DNA of 61,550 bases, counting the filler. It is 5 parts of 5 records of this genome, joined end to end, with 100 filler letters (N's around TTAATTAATTAA, not from the genome) between each part and the next. Parts side by side here need not be neighbours in the genome. Positions count along the whole stretch, not along the records: positions 1 to 22,652 come from SRR31156797_71428; 4 more parts are not named here. One strand, written 5' to 3'. This document shows, piece after piece, positions 1-8,385 of the stretch (position 1 is its first letter; each line of letters opens with the position of its first letter). Under the pieces are notes generated by a model. It saw nothing but the letters and a program-made list of their open reading frames with translations, did no database searches and was not told the origin of the DNA. A program made the position numbers and the translations under genes.

Positions 1-2
1 AC

Positions 3-1025
3 CTAAGATCTGTTGAGTTCCTGGAACCGTGCCATATTAATGGCCTGATCTCTTTCAAGAACCCTCGTCAGGATGGAAGGGTTTTTGAAAGATTCAGCCA
101 TTTCATCCACCATTTCCAGCAAAACAGCGTCACTGCTCCCCGAGCCGTATGAGACAGCCGCAATCAGATCCCCGGGCGAAGATTTTTCCAAAGCGTGAAA
201 CAGTCCGAACAAAAGGGACGGCGCATAAAGGTTGCCCAGTTTTTTTACAACCCTGAGGGCGTCTTCGGCAGCATCTTCGGCAAACCTCGATTTTTCCAGT
301 TTTTTTAATAATCCGGCGCCGCCCTTCACAAAGGGAAGGTGAATTGCCGCGCGCGAGATCTTTTCAAAAGCCATTCCGTCTTTTGAAAACAGACATTCCA
401 ACGATTTCATGATGGCTTTTTCATAAGAGGCACCATAAGCCTCCGGTTCATATCGACAAAGCGTTTCGCCGCTCAATTGCCAAAAATCATAGACCTCGCT
501 TTGATAATGGCCAAAATGATTCATTTTGGCGAAACCGTTCTTGCTGACAACCAACGCCGCGGCCCCGGCCGAAGACGGGAGATCTAAAGCCCCTCTGCCG
601 TCCTGGGGAATAAAATCGGAACAGATGATCAAGGCTTTTTCAACCCGGTCGGCCTCAATGAGACAATCCGCCGTTATAAGGGCTTCGCCCACCAGCTTGG
701 TGCTGGACCCAAAATCAAGCGTAATAATATGGGGGTGCAGATTCAACGATTGCGACAAGAGGACACCAACCGATTTTTTCTGAAAAGGGGGGCTCACACT
801 CCCCCATAATAGGGCACCGATCTCTTGTGGATTGACGCCGCCAAGTCGAAGCGCCATTTTGGCCGCCTCAAATCCCATGGTCACCACATCCTCATCCAGA
901 TTGGGAACCGCCATGCTCTCAACCCTTGTTTTATCGGGAACTCCGTAAAACGCGGCCAGTTTGTCCATGGGCAATCTGGTTTCGGGCACATACAACCCGT
1001 AGCTTTCTATGCAACCCATCTTCAC
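3..1025 (-). CDS. HMG-CoA synthase / KAS III-like fold protein, probably non-catalytic
   Basis: Archaeal-type HMGS motifs (YGLYVP, DEDVVTMGFEAA, AGAAALVV, GNLY, VSYGSG). The catalytic Cys position reads DFGSSTKLV, where active archaeal enzymes read DxEFACK. Confidence 0.75.
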   Translation of the reverse strand: MKMGCIESYGLYVPETRLPMDKLAAFYGVPDKTRVESMAVPNLDEDVVTMGFEAAKMALRLGGVNPQEIGALLWGSVSPPFQKKSVGVLLSQSLNLHPHIITLDFGSSTKLVGEALITADCLIEADRVEKALIICSDFIPQDGRGALDLPSSAGAAALVVSKNGFAKMNHFGHYQSEVYDFWQLSGETLCRYEPEAYGASYEKAIMKSLECLFSKDGMAFEKISRAAIHLPFVKGGAGLLKKLEKSRFAEDAAEDALRVVKKLGNLYAPSLLFGLFHALEKSSPGDLIAAVSYGSGSSDAVLLEMVDEMAESFKNPSILTRVLERDQAINMARFQELNRS

Positions 1026-1062
1026 CTCAATTCCTTAAAGTTTTCCAAATTCCATTTTTTTA

Positions 1063-2646
1063 CTACCTGGAAACCTTGTAGCCCGCCTTTTCCCTGTCCC
1101 AGGTCTTGCTTGTGACCCCTTGTTCCCTCAAAACATTTTTTTGGACCTTCTCGTTGGTGGTCTTCGGGAGACGATCTTGAAACCGTATGAACCTGGGCAC
1201 CGCAAAATAGGGCATGCGTGGCACACACCAGTCCATCAATTCTTCATGGGGGATCTCTTTGCCGTCTTTTGGGACAATGACGATCATCACTTCGTCCTCG
1301 GAGTATTCAGACGAAACCGAGATGGCGGCACATTCGGAAACGGCAGGATTGCTTAGGAAAACGCGTTCCACCTCGAACGAGGAAATATTTTCACCCCTGC
1401 GTCGGATATAGTCTTTGACACGGTCTCGAAAGTAAACATAGCCGTTCTCATCCATAACGCCGGCATCGCCCGTATGGAAATAAAAGTTGCGAAAAACTTC
1501 AACCGTCTTTTCCGGCATCTTGTAGTAGCCCAGACACATGGTAAAAGGGGCCCTGCTCCGAACCACAATCTCGCCCAGGGTATGGGGGGGCACCTCATTG
1601 TCGTCGCCGTCAAAAATCTTTACCTCGTAATTGGGTGTTGCTTTACCACAGGAGCCGACAACCGGTTTGTCCCAGGGATTATAGGTGATCATCCCGGTTT
1701 CCGTGAGGCCGTACCCTTCGATCACTTTGAGTTGGAATCTTTTCTCAAATTCCTTGTAAATATTGGCGGGCATTGGCGCGGCCATGCAGGCCCGGACCGA
1801 ATTATCTTTCTCTTCCGCACATTCGGGTTGACTGTAGGTGAACGGCGCCATTGCACCCAGAGAATTGAATATGGTGGCCCCTGAAGCCTTAATCTGCTTC
1901 CAGAATTTGCTTGCGGAAAACTGTTTATAAATCACCGCCTTGGCGCCGCACATCAGAGAAGGCAGGATGCAAAGAAGCTGTGCATTTGCGTGGAAAAGGG
2001 GGAGACAGGTGAAAAAAATGTCATCGGGCGTACATCGCATGGCCTGAAGATATTCTTCCGCGGCCATCAAGGCTTCGCCGGCCGGGGCCAATACGCCCTT
2101 GGAAGGTCCGGTTGTGCCGGAAGTATAAATCATGGCCACCGGATCGCCCTTCTTCAGCGCTGCCCGGGGCGTTCCGGAAGCGCCTTCCAGGAGGTCCTCA
2201 AAGGTATGCATTTCAAACCGCATGGATGGCAGATCGGGATTCCCTTCCCCGGAAAAGACCACCATGTGTTTCAGATGGACCAGATCGTTTTCCACAAATT
2301 GCACGCGACCCAGGAGCTGTTCATCTACAACCAATACCGTGGATTCCGAATTATTGATGATGTAAGAGAGAAAATCCCCCCTGTTGGCCAGGTTAATGGG
2401 TACTTCCACGGCCCCCAGTTTATTGGCGCCGAACCAGACGTAAGCGATCTCCAGGGAGTTGGGCATAAACATGGCCACCTTCCCCTCTTTTTCCACCCCG
2501 AGTCGCGCCAACCCGTCTGCAACGCGGTCCGTTATCTCATTCAATTCCCGGTATGATGCCGATTGCCTGTTTTCAAAAGTCAACGCAATCCTGTCGCCGT
2601 ATTTTAAAGCCCCTTCTTGTAAAATAGAGCCTATAATATTCCCCAT
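1063..2646 (-). CDS. Acyl-CoA synthetase / CoA ligase (CaiC-like AMP-binding enzyme)
   Basis: YTSGTTGPSKGV AMP-binding loop, EGYGLTETG, FHTGD, DRVKDYIRRRGENISSFEVE, C-terminal LPKT..EKVQK. Confidence 0.92.
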   Translation of the reverse strand: MGNIIGSILQEGALKYGDRIALTFENRQSASYRELNEITDRVADGLARLGVEKEGKVAMFMPNSLEIAYVWFGANKLGAVEVPINLANRGDFLSYIINNSESTVLVVDEQLLGRVQFVENDLVHLKHMVVFSGEGNPDLPSMRFEMHTFEDLLEGASGTPRAALKKGDPVAMIYTSGTTGPSKGVLAPAGEALMAAEEYLQAMRCTPDDIFFTCLPLFHANAQLLCILPSLMCGAKAVIYKQFSASKFWKQIKASGATIFNSLGAMAPFTYSQPECAEEKDNSVRACMAAPMPANIYKEFEKRFQLKVIEGYGLTETGMITYNPWDKPVVGSCGKATPNYEVKIFDGDDNEVPPHTLGEIVVRSRAPFTMCLGYYKMPEKTVEVFRNFYFHTGDAGVMDENGYVYFRDRVKDYIRRRGENISSFEVERVFLSNPAVSECAAISVSSEYSEDEVMIVIVPKDGKEIPHEELMDWCVPRMPYFAVPRFIRFQDRLPKTTNEKVQKNVLREQGVTSKTWDREKAGYKVSR

Positions 2647-2674
2647 TTAGAACCCCTCCTTAATATTTCGACCT

Positions 2675-3139
2675 TCAAATCCTCTCTGAAAGAACTTCCT
2701 GCACGCGAAGAAGGGTCACCGGATGCATCATCATTCCCTTGACTCGAATCTTGCCGATAAAAAGCTTGCCCACGATATGGCGCAAGCCGAAAGGGGTATA
2801 GTATCCCACTGGAAACCCCAAGAAACATTTCACGTTGGTCATGGCGATGAGACTTTCCAGGGAGCCGGAAATGGACAAGGTCGGCTTTGTTTGTACGCCG
2901 TCGACAACCGTCAGATTTCCTTTGTGAAATATCAATGAAACCATCCGCCCTGTATCAGTGGCGTTGATTGCCACGGAACAATCCATTTTCATGGAACGTT
3001 TTTCTTTTCGTGGGTCATTGTTACAGTTGTTTTTGATTAGATCAGCAAATGTATCAACCAAAGGGTTCGGTTCCTCTCCCTCTTTTCTTGTGATTTGAAG
3101 CATGGCCGCATTTCTCCTCATCATTATCTTCGGATACAT
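2675..3139 (-). CDS. SCP2 (sterol carrier)-like lipid-binding protein; start codon uncertain
   Basis: Pattern LIFHKGNLTVVDG..KPTLSISGSLE...LFIGKIRVKG resembles the SCP2 fold; lies within the operon. Confidence 0.6.
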   Translation of the reverse strand: MYPKIMMRRNAAMLQITRKEGEEPNPLVDTFADLIKNNCNNDPRKEKRSMKMDCSVAINATDTGRMVSLIFHKGNLTVVDGVQTKPTLSISGSLESLIAMTNVKCFLGFPVGYYTPFGLRHIVGKLFIGKIRVKGMMMHPVTLLRVQEVLSERI

Positions 3140-3187
3140 CTGGAGCCCGGCTTATGGACCGCCATAAACCTGGAATGAGAGAAACAG

Positions 3188-3231
3188 GGACGGAAAGACG
3201 GCATCCGAAGATCGCCGTCCTTCTTTCGTCC
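3188..3231 (-). terminator. Intergenic stem-loop with C(UUCG)G tetraloop (mRNA stabiliser or partial terminator)
   Basis: GACGGC-ATC-CGAA-GAT-C-GCCGTC core with outer GGACGGAA/TTTCGTCC arms; the loop reads TTCG on the transcribed (-) strand. Confidence 0.55.
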
Positions 3232-3242
3232 ATGTTGCCAAC

Positions 3243-3632
3243 CTAAAGAGCGCCGACTTTCTTGCCGAAAACAACATATCCCTTGCCCGCCACATTGATC
3301 AGGGATGAAGTAATATCGATTTTAATGCGTCTTTCCTTTACCAATTTGGCATAAATCGCTAAAAAATCATCGTGATCTTTTGCCTCGGCCAGCTCATCGA
3401 GGGCGTCGTAATCGAAATACCGGATGACACAGTCAGGTTTTCCATGGGGCCATGGCCCTTCCTCGATGAACCATTTTGTTCCTTCATTGTGAAAATTGAA
3501 AACTTCCTTGCCGTTTTCCAAGTCCAGATTAAAAAAGGCATCTTTTTCTTCTTTCACATAATGCAACACACTCAAACCGATTGAACCCTCCGGCGTCCAC
3601 ATCTTTCTTAGTTTTTCAAGGGTATTGCTCAT
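3243..3632 (-). CDS. Small SCP2-like hypothetical protein (paralog of 18246-18644)
   Basis: Good RBS (GAGAGGAGG). W.I.EG...PD..I..YDALDELA..DF pattern is shared with 18246-18644. Confidence 0.55.
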   Translation of the reverse strand: MSNTLEKLRKMWTPEGSIGLSVLHYVKEEKDAFFNLDLENGKEVFNFHNEGTKWFIEEGPWPHGKPDCVIRYFDYDALDELAEAKDHDDFLAIYAKLVKERRIKIDITSSLINVAGKGYVVFGKKVGAL

Positions 3633-3661
3633 TTTAAAGCCTCCTCTCTCAAATCTGATAT

Positions 3662-4489
3662 TTATTCTTCATATTTTTTGGCGATACCTGGACCGTATTT
3701 GTCCACGATATCCGACATTTCCTCTAAAACCGCATAAACGGCATCCATGGCTTCAGGCGGTTCGGGGGTCGCATTGAAAGCGGGACTTTCCCACCACCGG
3801 TCCTTGTTCTTGACGATCGGATTCCCCCCGCCGGGAAAGGCGCCAAAATGGGTGGGACAGGTTCGGAAAAGGCTGCCCATGGCATCCTCATAGGAAAATT
3901 TCTTGGTCATTGACGATCGACTCCACCATACAAGGTCCCGGGTCGGCCCCAGGGGCAGACCGATAAATGCCGAATTGCCGGGCATGTAACCGAGGTTTGC
4001 AGCCATGGCCCCGGAATCGGCCTGAATTCTGTTGTCAACCCTGTATTGGGCGGCCGCGGCGGCGGCCCAATCACAGGCCATTCCATAATCGAGCACCTTC
4101 CAGTTGCATGAAGGGCCCACCCAAAGCTGACCCATGTTTTTGTTTTCCTTAGCGTATTTGTTGAATTCATTGCAGGTGGGAAAGCCGCAGGCCCCGCAAT
4201 CCCACCCCATCTGCGAACTTGTGAGATCCCCGAATAAAAGCAAAAGGACCGGTGGATTCCCTGCATCATAATTGGTTTTAAAGGTTTCATAGTCCCAGCG
4301 GACAAATTGATTCACCTTGGCCAGCGCTCCCAGCATCTCGATAATCGGGACCAGATCATCACCGGTCACGATCTCGGCTTCCAATTTGGTATGCCCGGTC
4401 ATCTGAGGGGCCTTGAAGAATGCATTGATGCAGTGTTTGGCAACGTCGAGCAAATGTTCCCGGCTCGCCTCTTTCCCTGAATATCTCAT
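3662..4489 (-). CDS. DUF2148-like ferredoxin-domain protein (copy A)
   Basis: AFFKAPQMTG, DCGACGFPTC...GPSC, VDNRIQ. ATG at 4489 overlaps the upstream stop (ATGA). Confidence 0.7.
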   Translation of the reverse strand: MRYSGKEASREHLLDVAKHCINAFFKAPQMTGHTKLEAEIVTGDDLVPIIEMLGALAKVNQFVRWDYETFKTNYDAGNPPVLLLLFGDLTSSQMGWDCGACGFPTCNEFNKYAKENKNMGQLWVGPSCNWKVLDYGMACDWAAAAAAQYRVDNRIQADSGAMAANLGYMPGNSAFIGLPLGPTRDLVWWSRSSMTKKFSYEDAMGSLFRTCPTHFGAFPGGGNPIVKNKDRWWESPAFNATPEPPEAMDAVYAVLEEMSDIVDKYGPGIAKKYEE

Positions 4490-5271
4490 TTTTCCCCCTC
4501 CTCTTTTCTCTTGGGTATCCATTTACGGTAATCGAAAGTGGTAACGGTTCTGCCCGTAATATATTGTTTTCGGGCCACATCCACGATCTTTCCCATATTG
4601 AAGAGGTGATAATCAGGACATATATCCACAAAGGGGTTTTTTGCCTGCCCGGCCACCAGAATGCCTGCCACCATGCCTGAATTGGGACAGTAGCCGAGTT
4701 GCTGGCCCGCCAGGCCCACGCTCATGAATGGGCGGGCATCCACAAAACTGTTGGCGGCCTGCCACAATGCGGAGCCCAGGGCATACCCCAAATCATCCAC
4801 CCTGGCACTGCAAAGGGGCCCCTTGATGGGGGTATCGGATCGTCGATCCGTAATGTCCACCATTCCAAAACGGTGAGAACGATTTTCATAGAAAAAACTG
4901 CAATCGGCCCGCCCTCCGCAAAGCCCGCAACCGGCATCCAGAGGCGTTTCGTGGCACCGATAATTCCCTAAAAACAGAACGGCGTCGCTTTCCCGGACCA
5001 TGACCGCCTCGTATTTGGCACTTTCTTCCAAACGCGAATTGGTATATGCCAATTCTTCCATCTTTCGCGCCAGCTTTTCCTGTTCCTCCTGACCGTAAAC
5101 AATATGCCCTTCAATTTGTTGCACCCCCCCTGCAAAAGGCGCCGTCATTGCGCCGATCAGCATCTGCCGGGTAATTTGCAGCACAGCCTCCTTTCGCCTC
5201 AAATCGGAAGGCGAGTAGGGCGGCCATTCTTGATAATGTTCCTCTCCTCTGAATTCATTGTAATCTTTCAC
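4486..5271 (-). CDS. DUF2148-like ferredoxin-domain protein (copy B)
   Basis: GAMTAPFAGG, GCGLCGGRADC...GPLC, DLGYALGSA, VDARPFMSVG, KNPFVD. Confidence 0.7.
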   Translation of the reverse strand: MKDYNEFRGEEHYQEWPPYSPSDLRRKEAVLQITRQMLIGAMTAPFAGGVQQIEGHIVYGQEEQEKLARKMEELAYTNSRLEESAKYEAVMVRESDAVLFLGNYRCHETPLDAGCGLCGGRADCSFFYENRSHRFGMVDITDRRSDTPIKGPLCSARVDDLGYALGSALWQAANSFVDARPFMSVGLAGQQLGYCPNSGMVAGILVAGQAKNPFVDICPDYHLFNMGKIVDVARKQYITGRTVTTFDYRKWIPKRKEEGEK

Positions 5272-5352
5272 TATTCCCTCCTTTCCATGTCAAATCAAGA
5301 ATAAGTTATGATGTGAACGAAACAAGCGCCGGAAATGACACAATGTCTTCCC

Positions 5353-6606
5353 TTATGTGAAACGGAATTTCTCAAGATCGCAGCACAAGCTGACTTGATC
5401 CAGCAAACCTTGAAAGATGTGTGAAAGAGGGCAACAACCCTCAACAAAAAGACCCAGGTCCCGATGTTCCCTGGTGCAGTCCCCAACCACAAGAACGGGG
5501 CCGTCCATGGTCTCGGGGACCCGGCAATTCTTCCCCACAATGATTGAAATCGGTTGCATCAAATCATCCAAAATACCCATGGCCAGAAGTTGATCGAGAT
5601 AAATGCGCAGATGGCTGATACAGCCATCGCAAGCTTCTCCCTGATACACGAAAATATTCGGGTGGATGCCTGTCAGACGCATATCGGGACGTCGAAATTT
5701 TCTTGCACATGCGTCAATATGGGCCCCAACCGGAGAAATGGAATGAAAATTGTAGTCTGTGAATTCATCCTGTTCGGCCATTGCCAATACCGGAATATCT
5801 CTTGGATTAAATCCCATGAGCATGGCGCCCACGGCATCAACCGCAACCGGATTGAGACCTGCCACCAAAACATTCATGTCGTCTATGAGATCATCCGGAA
5901 AAGGGGACGTGGGGCCCTGTCCCTGCATGGCCCACAGACCGTCAATAATGGATAAATGGGGCCTGATGATTTTGATGAGGTCCAGTAGTTTCGCCGTTAA
6001 ATTGGAATCATGAAATTTCTTCTTTTCCGAAGTGGGCACCACCCCCTGATTCAATTTGATATTTAAGGTTACGCCGCACGTCATGTGAACTTTCAAGTGC
6101 GGCACAAAGATGAGCGTATCGGCCTCCAAAATCGTCTTCGGCACAAGGCACCGGGTCAAAACCTTCGGCCCGGGGATCATCACCTGCTCATGGATATCGT
6201 TCTCCAAAGCCGCCAACCTCACATGATTTCGCTCGGCCACCCGTGAAAGGCCGCAGGCTTCAAAACACTCAAAGGTTGTTGAACCGATATTGATTTCCTC
6301 GAGCATATGGAAATCTGCGGCATTTTCCGCGATAATGATTTCTCGGGGCAAACTTTGCTCCCGGAGGAGAAGGATCAGGGCCTCCACTACCCGGGGATCG
6401 GTGGTATGAACGCCGGGGGGACCGGAAAATCCAGCGTTCACCTTGATGACGACCACGGAGCCCGGTTCAACCATGGAACGAATCCCACCCAGAGGTGCAA
6501 GGCATTGGGAAAGCATCTCCTTTACGACCTGTAAATCCCGGGAGGAATAGGCGGCCGGAGTCCCCGGACTCTCTGCCGCACGGGCGATGGATACCAGGTC
6601 TTTCAT
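5353..6606 (-). CDS. DUF362 family Fe-S protein
   Basis: VVIKVN, TTDPRVV, PHLKVH..GVTLNIK, IIDGLWAMQGQGP, NPVAVDAV. C-terminal CDGC...GDC...GCCP motif. Confidence 0.8.
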   Translation of the reverse strand: MKDLVSIARAAESPGTPAAYSSRDLQVVKEMLSQCLAPLGGIRSMVEPGSVVVIKVNAGFSGPPGVHTTDPRVVEALILLLREQSLPREIIIAENAADFHMLEEINIGSTTFECFEACGLSRVAERNHVRLAALENDIHEQVMIPGPKVLTRCLVPKTILEADTLIFVPHLKVHMTCGVTLNIKLNQGVVPTSEKKKFHDSNLTAKLLDLIKIIRPHLSIIDGLWAMQGQGPTSPFPDDLIDDMNVLVAGLNPVAVDAVGAMLMGFNPRDIPVLAMAEQDEFTDYNFHSISPVGAHIDACARKFRRPDMRLTGIHPNIFVYQGEACDGCISHLRIYLDQLLAMGILDDLMQPISIIVGKNCRVPETMDGPVLVVGDCTREHRDLGLFVEGCCPLSHIFQGLLDQVSLCCDLEKFRFT

Positions 6607-6651
6607 GGCCGTACCATCCGGATTTTCTCCAGGTTGAATGAACCGGAGACT

Positions 6652-8142
6652 TTACCTTTGCACGTAGTCACAGACATGCGCCTCATGAATTGACCTTGAA
6701 CATATCTCCAATCTTGCCGCCACGGGGCAATGGGGATCGGAAGCCATGTAATTTCCCGTATAGGCCCTGGCTCGGGCGCGACAACCGCCGCACGATTCCC
6801 CATGGGAACAATGGCCGCAGACCCCTTCTATTTTGTGGCGATCACGAAGATTTTCCAGTACCCGGCTTTCATTCCAGAGATCGGCCAGTTTCCGATCACG
6901 AACATTTCCGATCCTTTCAGGGAGAAAGATACATGGAACAACACAACCATCGGCCTTTATGGCAAGATAATATCGCCCCGCCATACAGGCGGTGGATGAC
7001 CTGAGCATGGTTTGGCAGCTGCCGGCGAAAAGGGGTTCGTAATAGTGCGTGGCGTTCAATCGGTTCTTTAACCCCGAGATCTTTCCGAATACGGACAACT
7101 GAGGAGCAAATGAAAGCCATCTCGTCTTTCGGCAAAGAGCCGATTCTTCCAGCAAATCAGACCAGAGTTGATCCTTCTGCACGGCATCCAAATCAAGATC
7201 CAACCCGCCCCTCCCGGAGGGAATGTAGTTGTAGGTGATAAACCAGTCCACCCGAAGTTTATCCGCCAGTTGCAGTATTCCCCTCATATGCGAAACGTTT
7301 ATCCGGGTCGGGGTGGCCGCGAGAGCAACCTGCAGACCTTCTTCAAGGCACCCTTCTGCAGCCCTTATCACCTTTTCATAAGAGCCCGGATACCCCCTGA
7401 AATGGTCATGGGTTTGATGATCGCTTCCGTCAAGGCTGATATGGACCATACTGAGCCCGGCGTTTTTCAATTTCCTTATGGTTGCCACATCCAGCAATAA
7501 ACCGTTGGTCGCCATATACGAAACCATTCCCAAGCCGGTGGCGTACTTGACCAGGTCATAAAAACCGGGCCAAAGCAGTGATTCGCCGCCGGTAAATGCG
7601 ATGCCGCAGACGCCCCAGGCGGCCAATTGATCCACCACCTCTTTTGCTTCGGAAAAAGTAAGCTCCGAATCCGATCCCCGGTCGGTTTTCGCCCCCATAT
7701 GGCAATGGGCGCAGGTCCCCATATTGCATTGGGAGGTCAGCTCCCATGTCACGATAATCGGCGCCGCCGGCACAAGATGATGCTTCAGCCCGAAGCGATG
7801 GATACCACTGACCAAATTCGCCTGAATCCTTCTTTCAATGGGATCAAAAGAAGGCGGAATCAGTTTGCCAAGGGTAATACACCCCTCGTTGCAATCACGG
7901 CAGTCGGAATCTCCATTGTCCCGGTAAAGGGAAAGGACATGATTCAGTTTATCCCTGCCGCAGACCCCACATGAACCTTGTTCCCTTTTGATGTAACCCA
8001 GCAGGCCCCGGGTGAGCGCCGGTTTCCGGGATATACTTGACAGGGCTTTATTAACTGGATCTATCATCACGGCCAAATACGCATTGCAGTCGTTAACAAC
8101 CATACTGTTATCCTCCCAACCAGTTACGGGTTCCTTTACCAT
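6652..8142 (-). CDS. Radical SAM protein with C-terminal SPASM domain and Cys-rich N-terminus
   Basis: WELTSQCNMGTCAHC (CX4CX2C), FTGGE, ATNG, SLDG. SPASM CMAG..PC..CGHCSHGESCGGCRARA..DPHC. Start placed at ATG 8142. Confidence 0.85.
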   Translation of the reverse strand: MVKEPVTGWEDNSMVVNDCNAYLAVMIDPVNKALSSISRKPALTRGLLGYIKREQGSCGVCGRDKLNHVLSLYRDNGDSDCRDCNEGCITLGKLIPPSFDPIERRIQANLVSGIHRFGLKHHLVPAAPIIVTWELTSQCNMGTCAHCHMGAKTDRGSDSELTFSEAKEVVDQLAAWGVCGIAFTGGESLLWPGFYDLVKYATGLGMVSYMATNGLLLDVATIRKLKNAGLSMVHISLDGSDHQTHDHFRGYPGSYEKVIRAAEGCLEEGLQVALAATPTRINVSHMRGILQLADKLRVDWFITYNYIPSGRGGLDLDLDAVQKDQLWSDLLEESALCRKTRWLSFAPQLSVFGKISGLKNRLNATHYYEPLFAGSCQTMLRSSTACMAGRYYLAIKADGCVVPCIFLPERIGNVRDRKLADLWNESRVLENLRDRHKIEGVCGHCSHGESCGGCRARARAYTGNYMASDPHCPVAARLEICSRSIHEAHVCDYVQR

Positions 8143-8303
8143 AAACGCACCCGCTTTTTCTTCTCCTCGTTTATTTGCTTGGTGCGTTCTTCTCTTTCCT
8201 CCGGGGTGAGCTTTTCCCATTCCTCCTTTTCCCTGGCCTCGCGGATTTTCTTTGCCGCCAGGAATTGCTCAACCCATTTTGCGGTCGGTGTTCCCGAGGT
8301 CAT
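8136..8303 (-). CDS. 55-aa charged hypothetical peptide
   Basis: MTSGTPTAKWVEQFL...KKKRVRLW; strong RBS (GAGGGGAGG) upstream; stop overlaps the radical SAM start. Confidence 0.6.
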   Translation of the reverse strand: MTSGTPTAKWVEQFLAAKKIREAREKEEWEKLTPEEREERTKQINEEKKKRVRLW

Positions 8304-8385
8304 GACGCGCCTCCCCTCAAATAACAATGCTTCCCATGCGCCGGTTGTTCCACGGTTCCAAAACGGGCATTCGAAACAGCGTTCC

